A DNA stretch of 64,000 nucleotides from the human T2T-CHM13v2.0 reference genome, Homo sapiens: the NCBI RefSeq assembly GCF_009914755.1, contig NC_060927.1; one strand, written 5' to 3'. Position numbers and translations under genes: made by a program. Position 1 is the first letter of the stretch. Every line of letters starts with the position of its first letter. Below the pieces are notes generated by a model. The model ran no database searches. It was not told where the DNA came from and worked only from the letters and a program-made list of their open reading frames with translations. Positions 25,901 to 39,685 of the stretch are shown here, in pieces.

Positions 25901-28321
25901 TAAATATAAAAATGAATATTTTGGGAATTAAGTAAAAATTTTTTATTACCTGTTAAAGACATCTACTTCTATTCTGTTTTCATTTGGAAGCCGTAGAATT
26001 GCCTGTGGGTTGAGAAGGAGTAATTGGCAAGTATATTTAGCCATTTTTACTAAATCCAATACTTAGCTTATGTAAGTAAGGTGTTTCAATGTGTTTTACA
26101 AAAATTATGCTTGGCCCAGAGAAATGCACTAGTGGTTAAATTGAATTTCATTACTTATTTCCCCTACACTGTGGTCTCTGTTTGCTTAAGAATTATCCAG
26201 GCTATGATTTTGTTTCATGTATTTGTTAGTATTGTGTTGATTCACATCCACAACAGTAGGTTACTGGTGAGGGCTCTCTTTTTTTCACTGTAATTCACTC
26301 TTTCTTGAGCCTAACTATAATACCTTTTCAATACAATATATTGAATCCTGTCTCAGGAGAGGAATCTATCTCTGATTTATACACACATCCATTTTTGTTG
26401 TCACTCAGATACTGAAATATCTATTGCTCCATCTCAGGCTTTATTAATCTGTTTAAAAAACTCCATTTCAGTGGAATTGTCCACTATATGCACATATTAA
26501 TGGTATTAGATGCCTTATACTGCTAGAAAGTATCTTCAATAAGGTTAGAAACCCTGAAGGGAGGAGAAGAAGGGGAGCAGTCAGATGGGAAAGAAAGAAT
26601 AGAAACAAAAATCCTTAGTAACATGCTAGATTTTTTTTCATAACTCCGTAATACTGTATTATGTTGTATTGTATTTTTTAATTTCAGGTACTTATGAGAC
26701 TTTTATTTGCCTTTCTTCACTATATATTTCTATATAAATATGATACTTTGAGATGGCAGTTTCTTTTATATTTTAGTTGAAAGTCGTATTTTGTTTAATC
26801 ACTGTGGTAAAAAAAAATTGTGTATCTATTTTTTCATCAAATTTTAGAACACTTTTTTCTTTAAAAATATAAATCTGAATTGATTTCCTTTTTTTGTTTT
26901 CAGAGTATGTGAGGGCTGCTTATTTTACAGGAATAAGCAAGTTCATACATTTAAGCAACTGAAATTGGACAGATTTTAAAGTTAAATGACTGGTTTTATT
27001 GAGAATAAAAGGAGAAATACTAGGAGCAAAGGATAGAAGGGGATATGGAAATGTGTGAAAGATGGGAAGGGAGGAGGGAGGGAGCACAACATAGGTTAAA
27101 GTGTGTTTTTCTGGTACAGACCAAGTTGGCCTTAACTTCTTAAGAAGCAGAATGAATCTCTTCTGAGCCACCACTGGGTGGCTGCTAATTAAATGATACC
27201 ACATCACCTTATCTCCAGACTTTCATACCTCTACAGCCAAGTGCTGAACTTGCTTTTTCAACAGATAAGATTTTCCTTTGGCAGCTACCTGTAACTTAAA
27301 GCTTCTATTGCTTTAAACTTCTCTGTTTATTCAATTGCCAAGCAGATAAAAGTTGCTTAATTTTGCTGACTAAAATTGGTTAAGCAGCCCCAAAAAAGAT
27401 TATGAGCTTTCTTCTGACTCTTATTTTTTTCCTGACTCAAGGGAATAAGATTTTAAAGGCTGCCTGTTATTCTGCCAGGATTTCCAAGCTGAGGCCCCTT
27501 GATGTTTACATTTTCTTGATGTTTTCATCTTTTATTTGTTTGTTTCTGTTTTTTCCAACTAGGTTTTTACTTAATTTTGCCTTCTTTCCTATTTCCTCTC
27601 CTTACTGGAGTCAAACATTATAGGTTTAGAAAATGTGATAATTTAAAATTTTTGCATGAAATTCACTTATAGATAATTGTGTCACTTAGGAAATCCTGTC
27701 TTCTGCAATGCTAAGCCAGTGATTCTCCAAATAAGCTATTGGGTTCCTCTGGATGTCCACAATCCTGTTTGGGGACTCCAGCCATGGACATGGAGACTTT
27801 TAGTTATTTAGGGTAATGTGAAATGGCTGCACTTACTTCTCTGTTCAGGGGAGAAATTGGAATCCACACTCAGAATGAGAACGATGTACTATTTTTAAAT
27901 ATAATGACTTTGAAGGATCTACATTATGTTCTTATACTTACCTCTGGATCATTTTGGCTAAGGTAACTACAAGATACTGGATGAGGTCTGAAGCATCCTG
28001 AATTCTCTGATGTATCCACATTTTGCTTTAGGGGCTCATACTATGATTTTTATCTGTTGTTTTTCCACATTCTCCAAAAATGACTTTATGGTTTTTCATC
28101 TAAGTTTTTTTGTCCATTCCTTTATGCTAGTCTCTTGTCCACTGCTTAGTAAATTTCACACTGAAGATGGTTTTATTCTGATACTTTGTTTCAAGGGTTC
28201 ACTTTAAGTAGCATCTTTATTGGGCACTACATACTTATGCAACCCATACTTGCTGGTCTTTTTCTTTCTTGAAATAAAAACTTTTATGATACATTCTCTC
28301 TCTCTCCCTGCCCCCCCCTTG

Positions 28322-28329
28322 CACACACA

Positions 28330-28368
<39 letters not shown>
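28322..28368. repeat. (CA)n microsatellite
   Basis: About 23 CA units with one interruption. Confidence 0.95.
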
Positions 28369-28369
<1 letters not shown>

Positions 28370-28744
28370 ACTCTAACAGGCACATTTTGCTACATGATAT
28401 TCTAGATACAGTCTTGGAGCAGGAGAGATTAATTTGGACTGGGGAGAAAAAGAAAAATACATCAACTAATATGTTTTTGTGCTTTTACTCTGGTTGAGAC
28501 AATGGTGCAAAATCTGATGAGTCATATGAAGAAATACTACATAGGTTTTTTGTTTTGTTTTGTTTTGTTTTCATGGGGGGGAGATTATAGCATATAACAG
28601 ACGCAGAAACCATCACAAATCAAAGCAGGAAATAACAAAATCAAATCAATGGTGGAAGCAGAAAGGTTAGAAGACTTGGAAGAAGGGAAGATGTAAATCA
28701 GGAAGACTTCATAGAGGATTTGGGATTTTTAAGAATGAATTCAA

Positions 28745-29066
28745 AAAGAGAGGGAGGGGCTAGGGAAAATTGGGAGATGTTGGTCAAAGAGTGGAAACTC
28801 TCAGTTATAAGGTGAATAAGTTCTGGGGATCTAATGTACGGCATGGTGACTATAGTAATAAAATTGTATTGTTTACTTAACCATTTAATAAGAGATCAGA
28901 TTTTAAGTGTCTTCACTGCCCCCCTCCACAAATGGTGACTATGGGTGGCAATGGATGTGTTAATTAGTGATTGTGGCAATCACTACATAATGTATACATA
29001 TATCAAATTATGTGGTGCATATTGAATATATATAATTTTTGTCAATTAAATATTTGTTAAAAAGGA
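28745..29066 (+). mobile_element. L1MA9-like 3' end
   Basis: gggagatgttggtcaaag...gaataagttctggggatctaatgtac.gcatggtgactatagt. Confidence 0.8.
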
Positions 29067-30279
29067 AAAGTGAATGCATTATTCTGTATTGGTAAGTAAA
29101 CCATTGAGGATAGAATATTCCTTTATTTTTATTTAAAATTTTCTCAGACAAAATGCAGGAGGGTTTTAGAAAATCTTGTTTACACTTCTAAGATAAAAGC
29201 ATAAGAGAACTATATCCTCTATATCACTTTTTGGGCCCTTTATCTGGGAGTTTTTCTAAGCTAATAGAGTCAGCTCAAATTTTGCACAAGCAAAAAAATT
29301 TACCTGCTAATTCTGGTCTTTGAGTTCTTTGCTGATAGGCAAGCACTTCCCTGCATGGATTTGTTTTTCAGATGACAGCTTTTTGCCATCTGATTCCTAG
29401 TTCTTTTAAGATTGTGCATCCCAAATGGTTTGCAACGGCAGACTTCCATTTAACTGCCTGGGTCACATTGAGGAGAGCTGGAAGGAGAGAATGGAGTAAT
29501 GGAGTATGTGCTTTTAGAAGGCATCCAGTATTTGTAACAGAACTGTGTGACTTACTGAAAGAGAATGTGTAGGGGAAATAGCAGCTCAGGCCAGGAGGAG
29601 AAACAAAAACAAATGCATATTCCAACATGGGAGAGGACAAAAGAAAAGAATGCAGAAGGGAAATGTAGTCGGCAGAGAGGTGGCAGACTGATAACAAGTA
29701 AGAGAATGGAAACTTATCCTTTGGGGGATAATATTCATCACTGGAAATGACTTAGCCAAATTCATAATCACCGTCAACAGTGCAAAAATTAACTTGTCTC
29801 TGAGATGCCAGCAATCCTGAGTAATGGTACACAGTTACATCGTTAAAAATATATTTGTGGAGTCCAGTGAAGCATAATAAATTGTAAGCAAGTGGAAATG
29901 TATTAAAACATGAGGAGAAAATGATTTGCAATAAAAGCCAAATATTCAGCCCGGGGAAGAGATGCTAAGTAATGTCTTAGCAGCATCTCTTAGTGCAAGC
30001 CCCATCAATGGAAGCAGCTATGGGCAAAGGGCAACGCACATACTTGAGTAGCAGCATGCCAAGTGGCCAAAGTTTTATGTAGCAGCTCCTTGACAAGTTG
30101 TCCCTTTCAATCGTAACCTATGGTATTCGTAAAGGCTTGAGATTTATTCAGGAATTCAGAGACTAGATTGTTTCCTACTTTGACCAAAAATAAAGGACTG
30201 GGAAAGATTTAAATAAAGGGTAACTAATCCATCCATCTGTAGGTGTTAAATTTCCATGTCATAAGTTTAAAAACTGCTG

Positions 30280-33200
30280 AGCTGGGCAAGGTGGCCAACT
30301 AGATGTAGCCAGGTAGAGCAGCTGCCACTGAGGGACTGGGATGATGGCTGCACTTCTAAGAGATCTTCAGAGGGAAGGCACTGAGGGTGGCTAGAGGGAA
30401 GACACAGAGGCTGGGCTGAAGGGGGAGGAAGCTGGGAACCCTGATTGGGGCAACCGTGCATCAGGACTTGTTCCTGGTCCCCAGTGAATCATGGGGAACA
30501 GGTGAGGTAAACTGTCAAGGAGCAACCCAGTCTTGCCATGGGCCTCTGGAATCCTGGAGGAGCAGACACCTTTACCACCATAAACACTTAAGTTGGCAGG
30601 GAGAGCTGCTTAGAGAAGTGGTGGGGCAGCACTACAGCCAATGTGGAGCCCAGAGGGTTTAGTACAGGAACGTCTGTAGTGAAGCATGGCCAGGGATGCC
30701 CATCCCCCTAAGCTCACCTTGCTCCCTTAGGAGACTTTAGTCCTAGGAAAACTGTCAGACCTGAATTCTGCAGGATGGTCTTGCCCATCAGCCAGAATGA
30801 TGTGACTTGAGAAACCCCTTGGTCTATACCCTCTCCTGGGGCTCCAGCCTGGCTGTGTCTGCTTGCAGTGCAGCCTTCGGTGACCTGGAGGTCCACATCT
30901 TAGCTTCCATGCTGGTGGATTGTGCCTGACCAGCAGAGAGCTCCAGCAGAGTGGACCCCACAGACATGCACCAGCCCACCTGCTTCCTCCCCCAGCTGCA
31001 ATTTCCTCTGGGTCTAGGACTGATCCTGCCCCCACCCCCCCCAACCCGGCCCACATCACTTTGCCAGCATGTGTGTGTGCCACATGAGTGGATCTTGTCT
31101 TTCTTGCCCCACCAGCGCACATGTGTGCATGCACCCTGCCCTGCCACTGCTGCCAGCATGAGTGCACTCCACCCCCCTATGCCGCCATACCACAAGCCTA
31201 GGTGGGCACAGAGCTGGCCAGCCCCACCCCTGCCAACACCCCATCCCTGTGCCAACACTGCCTTCAAAGTGAAACTAGGCATAAAGAACAGCAGACCACC
31301 CTCTTCCCCCTGACAAGAACTCTGATAACTCAAAAAGCCAGAGTGCCTTCTTTCCTCCAAATGACCACACTAACTCTCTGGCAAGGTTCTGAACTGGGGT
31401 GAGATGGCTAAAATGACAGAAATATAATTTAAAATATGGATAGGAATGAAGATTACAATATGCAGGATTATGTTGCAACCCAATCCAAGGAAGCTAAAAA
31501 TCACAATAAAACAATACAGGAGCTGACAGACAAAGTAGCCAGTATAGAAAAGAATGTAAATGACCTGATAGACCTGAAAAACACACTACAGGAATTTCAT
31601 AATGCAATTGCAAGTATTAATAGCATAAGAGACCAAGCTGAGGAAAGAATCTCAGAGCTTGAAGACTGGATTTCTGAAATAAGACAGTCAGACAAGAATA
31701 GAGAAAAAAGAATAAAAAGGAATGAATGAAACCTTTGAGAAATATGGGATTATGTAAAATGACCAAAGCTATGACTCATTGGTATGCCTGAAAGAGATGG
31801 GGAGAATGGAAGTAACTTGGAAAACATATTTCAGGATATCATCCGTGAGAACTTCCCCAACCTAGCAAGACAGGCCAGAATTCAAATTCAGGAAAAGAGA
31901 CCCCAGTAAGTTACTTCACTAGAAGATCATTCCAAAGAAACACAATCATCAGATTCTCCAAGGTCAAAATGAAAGAAGAATGTTAAAGGCAGCTAGAGAG
32001 AAAGGTCAGATCACCTACAAAGTGTAGCCCACCATATTAATAGCAGATTTCTCATGAGAAACACTGTAAGACAGAAGAGACTGGGGACTAATACTCAACA
32101 TTTGTAAAGAAAGGAAATCCCAACCAAGAATTTTATATCCAGCCAAACTAAGCATTATAAGCAAAGGAGAAGTAAGATCCTTTTCAGACAAGCAAATGCT
32201 AAGGGAATTTCTTACCACCAGGCCTGCCTTACAACACCTCCTGAAGGATGCACTAAATATGGAAAGGAAAGACTGATACCAGCTACTACAAAAACACATG
32301 AAGTAAACTGACCAGTGACCCTATAAAGCAACCACACAAAGAAGTCTGCATGATAACCAGCTAACATCACGATGACAGAATCAGATCCACATGTATCAAT
32401 ACTAACCTCGACTGTAAATGGGCTAAATGCCCCCAACTAAAAGGCACAGAGTGGCAAGCTGGATAGAGAACCAAGACCCAATGGTATGCTGTGTTCAAGA
32501 GACTCATCTGTCATGCAGTGACACCCACAGGCTCAAAATAGGGGGATGGAGAAAAATCTACCAAGCAAATGGAAAACAGACAAAGGCAGGGGTTGGAATC
32601 CTAATTTTAGATGAAACAGACTTTAAACCAACAAAGATAAAAAAGACAAGGGTATTACATAATGATAAAGGATTCAATTCAACAAGAAGACTTAACTATC
32701 CTAAATATGTATGTACCCAACATAGGAGCACCCAGATTCATAAAGCAAGTTCTTAGAGAACTTCAGAGACTCTACAATAATAGTGGGAGACTTCAACACC
32801 TCACTGATTGAATTAAACAGATCATTGAGGCAGCAAATTAACAACGATATTCAGGGACTGAACTCAGGACTTGATCAGTCTATTAACCTGACAGACCTCT
32901 ACAGAAACAGAACTCTCCACCCCAAAGCAACACAATATATCAGATTGGTGCAAAAGTAATTGCGGTTTTTGCCATTACTTTTAATGGCCTAATACATTTT
33001 TCTCATTGCCACATGGCATATACTCTAAAATCCATCACAGAAGTGATATAAAACAACCCTCAGCAAATGCAAAAGAACTGAAATCATACCAGCCACTTTC
33101 TCAAACCACAGCACAATACAATTAGAAATCAAGACTAAGAAAATCACTCAATACATACAATTACATGGAAATTAAATAACCTGCTACTGAATAACTTTTG

Positions 33201-34180
33201 GGTAAATTATGAAATTAAGGCAGAAATTAAGAAGTTCTTTGAAATTAATGAGAACAAAGATACAACATACAGAATTTCTGGGACACAGCAAAGGCAGTGT
33301 TAAGAGGAAAATTACTAGCACTAAAAACCTGCATCAAAAAGTTAGAAAGATCTCAATTTAACAACCTAACATTACAACCAAAAGAATTAGAGAACAAAGA
33401 GCAAACCAACCCCAAAGCTAGCAGAAGATAAGAAAGAACAAACAGTAGAGCTAAACTGAAGGAAATTGAAACCTGAAAAACCATTCACAAAGTCAAAATT
33501 CAGGAGTTGGTTTTTTGAAAAAAGTAGTAAAATAGATAGACTGCTAGCTAGACCAATAAAGAAAATAAAGAAGTTCCAAATAAACACAATTAGAAATGAC
33601 AAAGGGGATATTACCACTGACAACACAGAAATATGAATAACCATCAGAGAATATTATGAACACCTCTATGCACACAAACTAGAAAGTCTAAGAGAGATGG
33701 ATAAATTCCTGGATACATACACCCTCCTAAGCCAGAACCAGAAAGAAACTGAGTCCCTGAACAGACCAAAAATGAGCTCTGAAATTGAATTAGTCATAGT
33801 GTACCAACCAAAAAAGCTCAGGACCAGACAGATTCACAGCCAAATTCTACCAGATGTACAAAGAAGAACTGGTACCATTCCTACTGTAAGTATTCCAAAA
33901 AGTTGAGGAAGAAGGACCTAAGCATTGACCTGAGGTAAGAATTGAGCACACACGTACATAAATATAGGAACAATAGACACTGTGGACTACTAGAGAGTGT
34001 GTATGTGGGGAGAGGGGGGCTAAAAGACCACCTATTGGGTACTATGATGATTGGGTACTTGTCACCAGGGTGACAAGATCCATACTCCAAACCTCAGCAC
34101 CACACATATTCCTGTGTAACAAATCTGCACATGTAACCTGTGTATCCAAATTAAAAGTTGACATTTTTAAAAAAGAAAAA
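30280..34180 (+). mobile_element. L1PA14-like element: 5'UTR, ORF1, ORF2 endonuclease region, large RT-region deletion, 3'UTR
   Basis: 5' caaggtggccaactag; ORF1 remnant 31436-31729 (LQEFHNAIASINS..DQAEERISELED); EN remnant 32427-32756 (CCVQETHL..GWRKIYQANG); jump to 3'UTR at ~33940. Frameshifted, inactive. Confidence 0.9.
32940..32992. mobile_element. MADE1 (Hsmar1-derived MITE), one inverted repeat largely deleted
   Basis: tcagattggtgcaaaagtaattgcggtttttgccattacttttaatggc-ctaa flanked by TA/TA. Confidence 0.9.
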
Positions 34181-34304
34181 GTTAACCCCAAGTTTCTCTA
34201 GTACATCTGTATTTTCCTTTTCAGTTAGGTTATAGCTAATAAGAAATCTTCTAGCTACACAGGAGAAATAATCCCAGCTCATTCAGGAGACAAGCCAATT
34301 ATTC

Positions 34305-34510
34305 ACATACATTTCCAAAACTTTTCATCATCCAAAATTAAAACTCTGTACCAATTAAATACCAACTTTTCATTCCTCCCTTTCTCCCGTTCCTGTTAAC
34401 CATTATTCTAGTTTCCATTTCTGTGAAATTGACCGTTCTAGGAACCTCAAATAACTGGAATACACAGTACTTGTCCTCTTGTGTCAGGCTTCTTTCACTT
34501 AGCACATAAG
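34305..34510 (-). mobile_element. L1MB 3' fragment
   Basis: tttccaaaacttttcatcatcc...aaactctgtaccaattaaa...ctaggaacctcaaataactggaat. Confidence 0.7.
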
Positions 34511-35194
34511 CATCTTTTTAGGCATTATTTCACTTGCATTGCACTCCTGTCCACAAGTTCCGTGAAGTCATCCTGCAATATTAATTTGCATCTGTCCTTG
34601 TCTCTTAAAATTCCTATTATTTCAGGTCTTAATTCCTGTAAGAATTTCTTGGTTCACTGATTCTTCAATACTTTACTACCCATCTTTTTAACAGCTTTTT
34701 AAGTTTTATCTAGCTTCTTTCCTACATAAGAAAAAAACCTTCCAAAAATATGTTCTCACTTCAGAATCTTTGCTGGTGTCCCACTGACTCATAAAAAAAG
34801 TTGTAACTCCTTAGCCGTGTATTCAAATTCCTTTACAGTGTGGATTTTACCTACATCTTCAGCCAAACGCATTTACTTCTTATGACAAGCTTTGCTTGAT
34901 CAAGAATGTAAATTCTCTCACCTTGCAAAACTCCCTTGGTATTTTCTACCATTTCCTCCTGATCTTGTGTATTGTTACTTGTATATATCAAGCATGCTCA
35001 AAGCCTTCTCTTTTAAGATTGTCCAAGAAAGATCACTTTATCACATATAACTGCATGGCAAATATTTTCTCTAGTAGATGTTCTTCCTCTTCACCGGCTT
35101 TGTATTATCAACCCTTCCAATGTTTGCCTTGTTCTCCTACCTACACTTTGACTCTGAACCTCACACTCATAGCACCTGAGATACTCAATAAACA

Positions 35195-35951
35195 TTTTTT
35201 ATTTCATTTTTTAACTTATTTTTTTAAGTCCAGGGGTATATGTACAGGTTTGTTATATAGATAAACTCATGTCACAGGGGTTTGTTTTACAGATTATTTT
35301 GTCACCCAGGTATTAAGCCTAGTAACCATTGGTTATTTTTCCTGATCCTCTTCCTCTTCCCACCCTCCACCCTCAGGTAGGCCCAGTGTCTGTTGTCCCC
35401 CTCTATGTGCCCATGTATTCTCATCATTTAGCTCCCACTTATAAGTGAGAACATGTGGTGTTTACTTTTCTGTTTCTCCATTAATTTTCTTAGGATTATG
35501 GCCTCTACATCTATCCATGTTGCTGCAAAGGATATGATTTCGTTCTTTTTTATGGGTGCATAGTATTCCATGGTGTGTGTGTACCACATTTTCTTTATAC
35601 AGTCCTCTGTTGATGGACATCTAGTTTGATTCCATGTCTTTGCTATTGTGAAAGTGCTGCGATGAACATACACATGCATGTGTCTTTATGGTGGAATGAT
35701 TTACATTCCTTTGGGTATATACCTAGTAATGACATTGCTGGGTTGAATGGTAGTTCTGTTTTATGTTTTTTGAGAAATTACCAGACTGCTTTTCACTGTG
35801 GCTGGACTAACTTACATTTCCACCCACAGTGTATAAGGGTTCCCTTTTCTCTTCAGCCTCATCAGCATCTGTTGTTTTTTCCACTTTTTGATAATAGCCA
35901 TTCTTACTGGTGTGAGATGGTACCACTTTCATTCACCTCATTGTGGTTTTG
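35195..35951 (-). mobile_element. 5'-truncated L1PA13-like 3' end
   Basis: acagattattttgtcacccaggtattaagcctagta; ORF2 C-terminus remnant 35428-35679 (AKTWNQ.RCPS...IKKMWY.HTMEYY...FSLISGS). Confidence 0.9.
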
Positions 35952-37918
35952 AAAAGTTTTCTGAAATTCAAAATAGCTGGTAATACTTGCACACATTCTT
36001 GTATAGCAAGATTTTGTTGGAGTTTAGTAGAGATTCCATATCTGGTTCACTGATTCTTCAGTACTTTACTACCCATCTTACCTTATCCTTTTTCATTATC
36101 TGTTTGACCCATGAAAATGTCTTAAATTAAGACTCCTGACATAAATAGTGTACAAACAAAAAATTAAGGACTCATAACTGAAGCAGGGACATAGGGCTTA
36201 TTAATGGGATTAAGAAGTTCTTAAGCAAAGCTGAACTCTATTTTATCTCAATGGTAAAATGGACTCATGATATTTTCATAGCTTGACCAGTAGAATTATT
36301 TCTCATTGCAGAAGAAAATAGGATTAAATGATTCACAAAGCTTTGTTTTGCTGTGTCTATAGTGCCAAAGTGAAAAAATTTCAGGTTCATGTGTATTGGG
36401 CTAACAATCCAGAACATTATGGCAAAAAGTTTATTGTTAGGTTCTCAGTGATTTACCACAGCAGGCTTCCAATGAAGGAAATCCATTTAAGTAAGGCAGT
36501 CTACATGGCTTGTGCTCCATGAGAGAGTTAGATCTGACTTTATCACACAAGGCTAGAGATAGAGAAAGCATCAATCCTTTCAGGGCACTGCAGAATATAT
36601 GCTCTGAAGGCAATTACACAAAAAAGGCCATGTCACAATTTTTTTTTCTATTGGACACTGATCACTTGTTGTGAATTGGCATTTCATGTATTACACATCT
36701 CAGTCCAATTGCTTCAAAAGTTGGAGACACTTTTTTAGAGAAAGAAAGAAAAGGGGAGGTGTGGATGCTGGAAACATACACACAATGATTGGGTGTGCTT
36801 AGACACTTTCCTCCTGAAAAGGCAGTAAATATGCTTAGCTTATTTTATGGCGAGTCATTTTATGCTTGTGTAACTCCATTTTTTGAATACCCCTTCTCCC
36901 GCAATCCCACTCCATTCCACAGTAGCCAGGTGGTGCTGCTGGTAATGATGTTGCTGCTTCAAGCAGGACAGTTTAGCTCCTGCATTTGTAGCAGTATCAG
37001 ATGTTTTGCCTTCCAGAGTAGGGAATTATGTGGGATCAGGCATCACTCCAACATTTTATCTGTGTTGCCTGCATTTGGAAATATATCTCAAAGTTTGGAT
37101 CCCCATTTGAATGTGTGCTATAAATTTAAGTGAACACTCTTACAGTTTCCTTTTGAATGATTGGAACCACTATACTGCATTTTCTTATCTGATTGTCCTT
37201 CTTATGCCTCACAAAATTTCCTAAAAAATACAATATGAAGAAGGAAAAATATATATACCAGAATTATGCCTTAAGGTAAAAGATTATTAAACTATTTATG
37301 TGCCTCCCATCCAATGACGTTAGCCTGGTACACTGGTTTAGAATTGAAAATAAATGCTTGATGCCATCTAGGTTGCTTGTGCATTTTAATTTCAGGGTGA
37401 CATATTCAAACTATCTTTCTCAGAACTCTGCCAAAGTATCACCTATAACTCATACCTAGACTGGAATTTCCATCTCTATTGCTTCAATCCTATGGAATAG
37501 ACAATCATGCCTTGCATAGCTAGCATCTTCCCTTGTATTTTGCTCTCATGCAATATAGAGAAAAAATGTACCTTATGGGGAAATCCATTGCACTGTCTTT
37601 GTTGATACTCTTAATCTGTGAACTAAAAAGTTTAATAACTAGGGTACAGCAGTAGCAAACAGTTGATTTGTGGCCTTCATAAGACTGTGGATGGATCTGC
37701 ACTTTCCCAGTTGCATGCATGTTAATCTAGATTATTCCTCATTTCCAGCATGAGGACAGCAGAATGCTTTTGTGCTACTCCTTTCCTTTCATTTCTATTC
37801 AAAGGGATTTGTTTTCATTTTCTGCCCTTACATCATTTGATGTTCTCTTGGGCTTGGCAGTCCTCTTTGTGAGAACAACTTTCTAGGGCTTTCTCATTCA
37901 CACAATCTTTTAGTTTTT

Positions 37919-38159
37919 CAGAGATTAGACAACTATAGCCCATGGGCCAAATATGACCTACCACCTGTGTTTATAAACAAAGTTTTATTGAAACACAGTC
38001 ATATTTGTTTTTACTGCCTATGACTGCTTTTGCTCTACCACGACAGAGTTTAGCAGACTTGAGTAATTAATAATGCCAGAGTTGCTAGAGACCAAATGTC
38101 TCATGAAGCCTAAAGCATTTACTATGTGGTCCTTTGCAGAAAGCATTTGCCAACCGCTG
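37919..38159. mobile_element. MER58A hAT MITE
   Basis: aactatagcccatgggccaaat...aaagttttattgaaacacag...tttactatgtggtcctttgcagaaa..tttgccaacc. Confidence 0.8.
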
Positions 38160-38164
38160 AACTA

Positions 38165-38700
38165 TGCATTCACTGAAAACACATTTATTAAATGCGAAGA
38201 TTTTACTGTGTGCTGGATGCTATAGATCTAAGTATAAAGGACATAATCCTTTCTTGAGTTCAAATACCATCTTGTGGGAGAGACAGACACATCAGCAATA
38301 GCTTAACTATAGAATATAATAAATGTCTCAAAAGTGAATTTAGTAGACATTTAATGAGTATAGAATAGAAAACATCCAACTATCTGCTGGAGGGCCAGGA
38401 GAGGTGGTTTAGAAGAGGGTTTCATGAAGAGGCAGTCTCCACATTATTGACTTGCAAGACAAAAAGAAGTTCTTTTAGTAGAAAGTGAGAGCCCTAGGCC
38501 ACATTCCTGGCAAAGAAGCAACGTGAACAAAATCACAGACAAAGGGGCAACTTCCTTGGGAAATAGCAGATAGTCCAGTTTGGCTTTAGCAAGGTAAGGT
38601 GGGGAATTGATAGGACCTGGGAAAGGTAGGCAGGTACAGATTCCAAAGAACTGACTTGCATTATACAGAATTAATGGAGTTTTTAAAATGATATAGTGGC
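38165..38700 (-). mobile_element. L2 3' fragment
   Basis: cattcact...acatttattaaatg...tactgtgtgctggatgct...tgggagagacagaca. Confidence 0.6.
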
Positions 38701-39479
38701 AAAGAGAGGGAAGAGGAATAAAACTTTGGTTTGCTTTGCTTGTATACTTACAGCAGCTTCCCCAAACACTAACCTTTCTAGCTCCAGCAATCACCTACTT
38801 GCTTGGGAATACTCCTCTCTTTAAGGAAGGCAGGGGAGGAATAAAATCTCTGTTCAGGTGAAATTACTATTATCAATGTGGCATGGATTTTTGTGGTGGG
38901 GGAGCTGGGGAAGCGTCTTTTTTTTTTTTTTTTCAGTCTTTGTTCCAGGGAGAAGGCCAGTATTATCTCTCAGTAAGCCCATCAAGGACTTTGCATGGTA
39001 AGTAGAAAAATCCCAACAATTCTCAGTGATTATTTCAAGAGGAAAAGGGACTATTCACTGGAAGTATTCAATCAAGTGGAAAGAATTATCCTTATATCCA
39101 TTACCTGTTTTCCCAGTGTCTGACAGAGATGTTTGATACTTACAATAAATTGGTCTTCATATGGCAATAGGAATTAAGCAAAGTGAATTAAAAGAATAGC
39201 TTGCTCTTTGCCATGAAAACTAGCCTGTTTAACTAAATATATATTAATTAGTAGATACCACTAATGAAGATTAACATAGCCAGTCAATTTATTTTCCTTT
39301 CCATCAGAAATGATGTTTTTAAACTTCTTAGTGTGGTATTTATCTTTGTTCAACTTCAAATCCCTCTTGTCTTCTTTGAAATCTCACAGAAAACTGTTGC
39401 TATCACACTTCAGAGCTCAGAAATATTCTTCCAAATCCCTAATCAACTGGGTTATCCAAAGGGTAACAATAACTAACAT

Positions 39480-39685
39480 TTGCATAAGACTTTCAACATA
39501 GAAAGCATCTTTAACATAGACTGTCTCATTTGCCTTCAAAAACTTATGAGGTAGATGCTATCCTTATCATCTCACAGGTTGGAAATGGGGATTTTTTGAA
39601 GTTAATGGTTTCCCTCAAGATCTCATATTAAATAAGTGGCATAGTTCAGAATCAAAACACAGACTTCAGAGTCTGTGCTTTTAAA
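39480..39685 (-). mobile_element. MIR
   Basis: tctcatttgccttcaaaaacttatgaggtagatgctatccttatc...caagatctc...aataagtggcatagt. Confidence 0.65.

Noticed and set aside
26904-27000. Strong acceptor tttccttttttttgttttcag
   Set aside because: No convincing partner donor or open frame; such tracts are common in AT-rich DNA.
30727-31402. Overlapping 120-178 aa ORFs in a GC-rich stretch
   Set aside because: They lie in the L1 5'UTR, where GC content suppresses stop codons; no recognisable protein.
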